This document shows, piece after piece, positions 26,128 through 26,788 of a DNA stretch of 26,788 nucleotides. Origin of the DNA: Candidatus Bathyarchaeia archaeon (GTDB lineage Archaea > Thermoproteota > Bathyarchaeia > Bathyarchaeales > Bathycorpusculaceae); assembly GCA_038883795.1 (NCBI GenBank), contig JAVZLK010000020.1, positions 1 to 26,788 of the forward strand, read 5' to 3'. A program made the position numbers and the translations under genes. Below the pieces are notes generated by a model that searched no databases, was not told where the DNA came from, and saw only the letters and a list, made by a program, of their open reading frames with translations. Numbering within the stretch: position 1 is the stretch's first letter; every line of letters starts with the position of its first letter.

Positions 26128-26788
26128 CTATTTGCCTTTAAATGTTGGTTTCCTCTTTTCGATAAAGGCTGAAACCCCTTCCTGCAAGTCCTCTGTTGAG
26201 GCGACCACGCCAAAGCCTTCCCGTTCAAGGGCTATGGCAGCATCCAAACTTATTTCTGAACCTTTATTGATTAGGGCTTTAGCCACTTTTAGGGCTACTG
26301 GCGCTTTTGAGGCTAGTTCTAAGGCGAATTGCCTAGCAGCCTCTTTAAGTTTGTCGGCTGTAACAACCATGTTTACGATGCCTAATTGTTCAGCGGTTTT
26401 TGCGTCGATGATTTTTCCAGTGAAAATAAGCTCTTTTGCCTTTGTCTTTCCTATTAACCGTGGGAGCCTTTGGGTTCCACCCCACCCTGGAATTAAGCCT
26501 ATGTTGATTTCTGTTTGTCCCATCCGCGCATTTTCAGAAGCTATGCGTATGTCGCATGCCATGGCAACTTCTAAACCTCCGCCCAAGGCGTAACCGTTTA
26601 TTGCCGCTATAATTGGCTTTTCTAAATTTTCTAAGGCATTACAGAGTTTTTCACCCATAAGGGAAAGCTCCCTAGCTTTTAGTGCGTTCATTCCCCTCAT
26701 GGCTTTTATGTCCGCGCCCGCAGAGAACGCCTTTTCGCCAGCCCCTGTTATTATGGCCACTCGGGTGTTTTCGTCTTTTTTGACGTCT
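26128..26788 (-). CDS. Enoyl-CoA hydratase/crotonase family protein, 5' end outside the window
   Basis: AFSAGADI, NGYALGGGLE, QTEINIGLIPGWGGTQRL; the frame stays open upstream of 26760 (DVKKDENTR) to the window edge. Confidence 0.92.
   Translation of the reverse strand, partial: DVKKDENTRVAIITGAGEKAFSAGADIKAMRGMNALKARELSLMGEKLCNALENLEKPIIAAINGYALGGGLEVAMACDIRIASENARMGQTEINIGLIPGWGGTQRLPRLIGKTKAKELIFTGKIIDAKTAEQLGIVNMVVTADKLKEAARQFALELASKAPVALKVAKALINKGSEISLDAAIALEREGFGVVASTEDLQEGVSAFIEKRKPTFKGK

Noticed and set aside
2777-26593. Numerous 60-150 aa ORFs antisense to or overlapping confidently identified genes (e.g. 16122-16406, 19030-19422, 22658-23104, 26132-26593)
   Set aside because: Shadow frames of real genes with no independent motifs.
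1-26788. CRISPR array, rRNA, transposase, inteins, Sec/Pyl recoding
   Set aside because: No regularly spaced repeats, rRNA-like tracts, transposase motifs or interrupted core genes were seen; the core proteins have normal lengths.

Overview
Archaeal chromosomal window. The short crenarchaeal-type XPF, intron-containing tRNAs, aEF-1alpha and IOR point to a TACK lineage, plausibly Bathyarchaeia (inference). There are four blocks. (1) 1-1243 looks like the right end of a tRNA-integrated mobile element. It holds an un-called ribbon-helix-helix gene, a repeat-rich AT-rich spacer, a divergent truncated TFB-like gene and a 23-bp tRNA 3'-end fragment (candidate att site). (2) 1339-2230 has divergent tRNA-Arg(CCT) and tRNA-Leu(TAA), both with introns (the Leu intron is in the D-arm), followed by gene debris including a frameshifted HtrA PDZ remnant. 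(3) 2287-16104 is an alpha-glucan locus: two glycogen-synthase-like glycosyltransferases, a PEF-CTERM-anchored DOMON-like surface protein, a GH13 neopullulanase/cyclomaltodextrinase, a membrane-anchored GH57 amylopullulanase and a divergent maltodextrin ABC transporter. (4) 16151-26788 is housekeeping and catabolic: lipoate ligase, rps12, rps7, an antisense DRG-family GTPase, EF-1alpha, XPF, a small conserved protein, iorBA, a tyrosine-phenol-lyase-like PLP enzyme and a partial enoyl-CoA hydratase. All calls come from motif recognition by eye; no searches were run.
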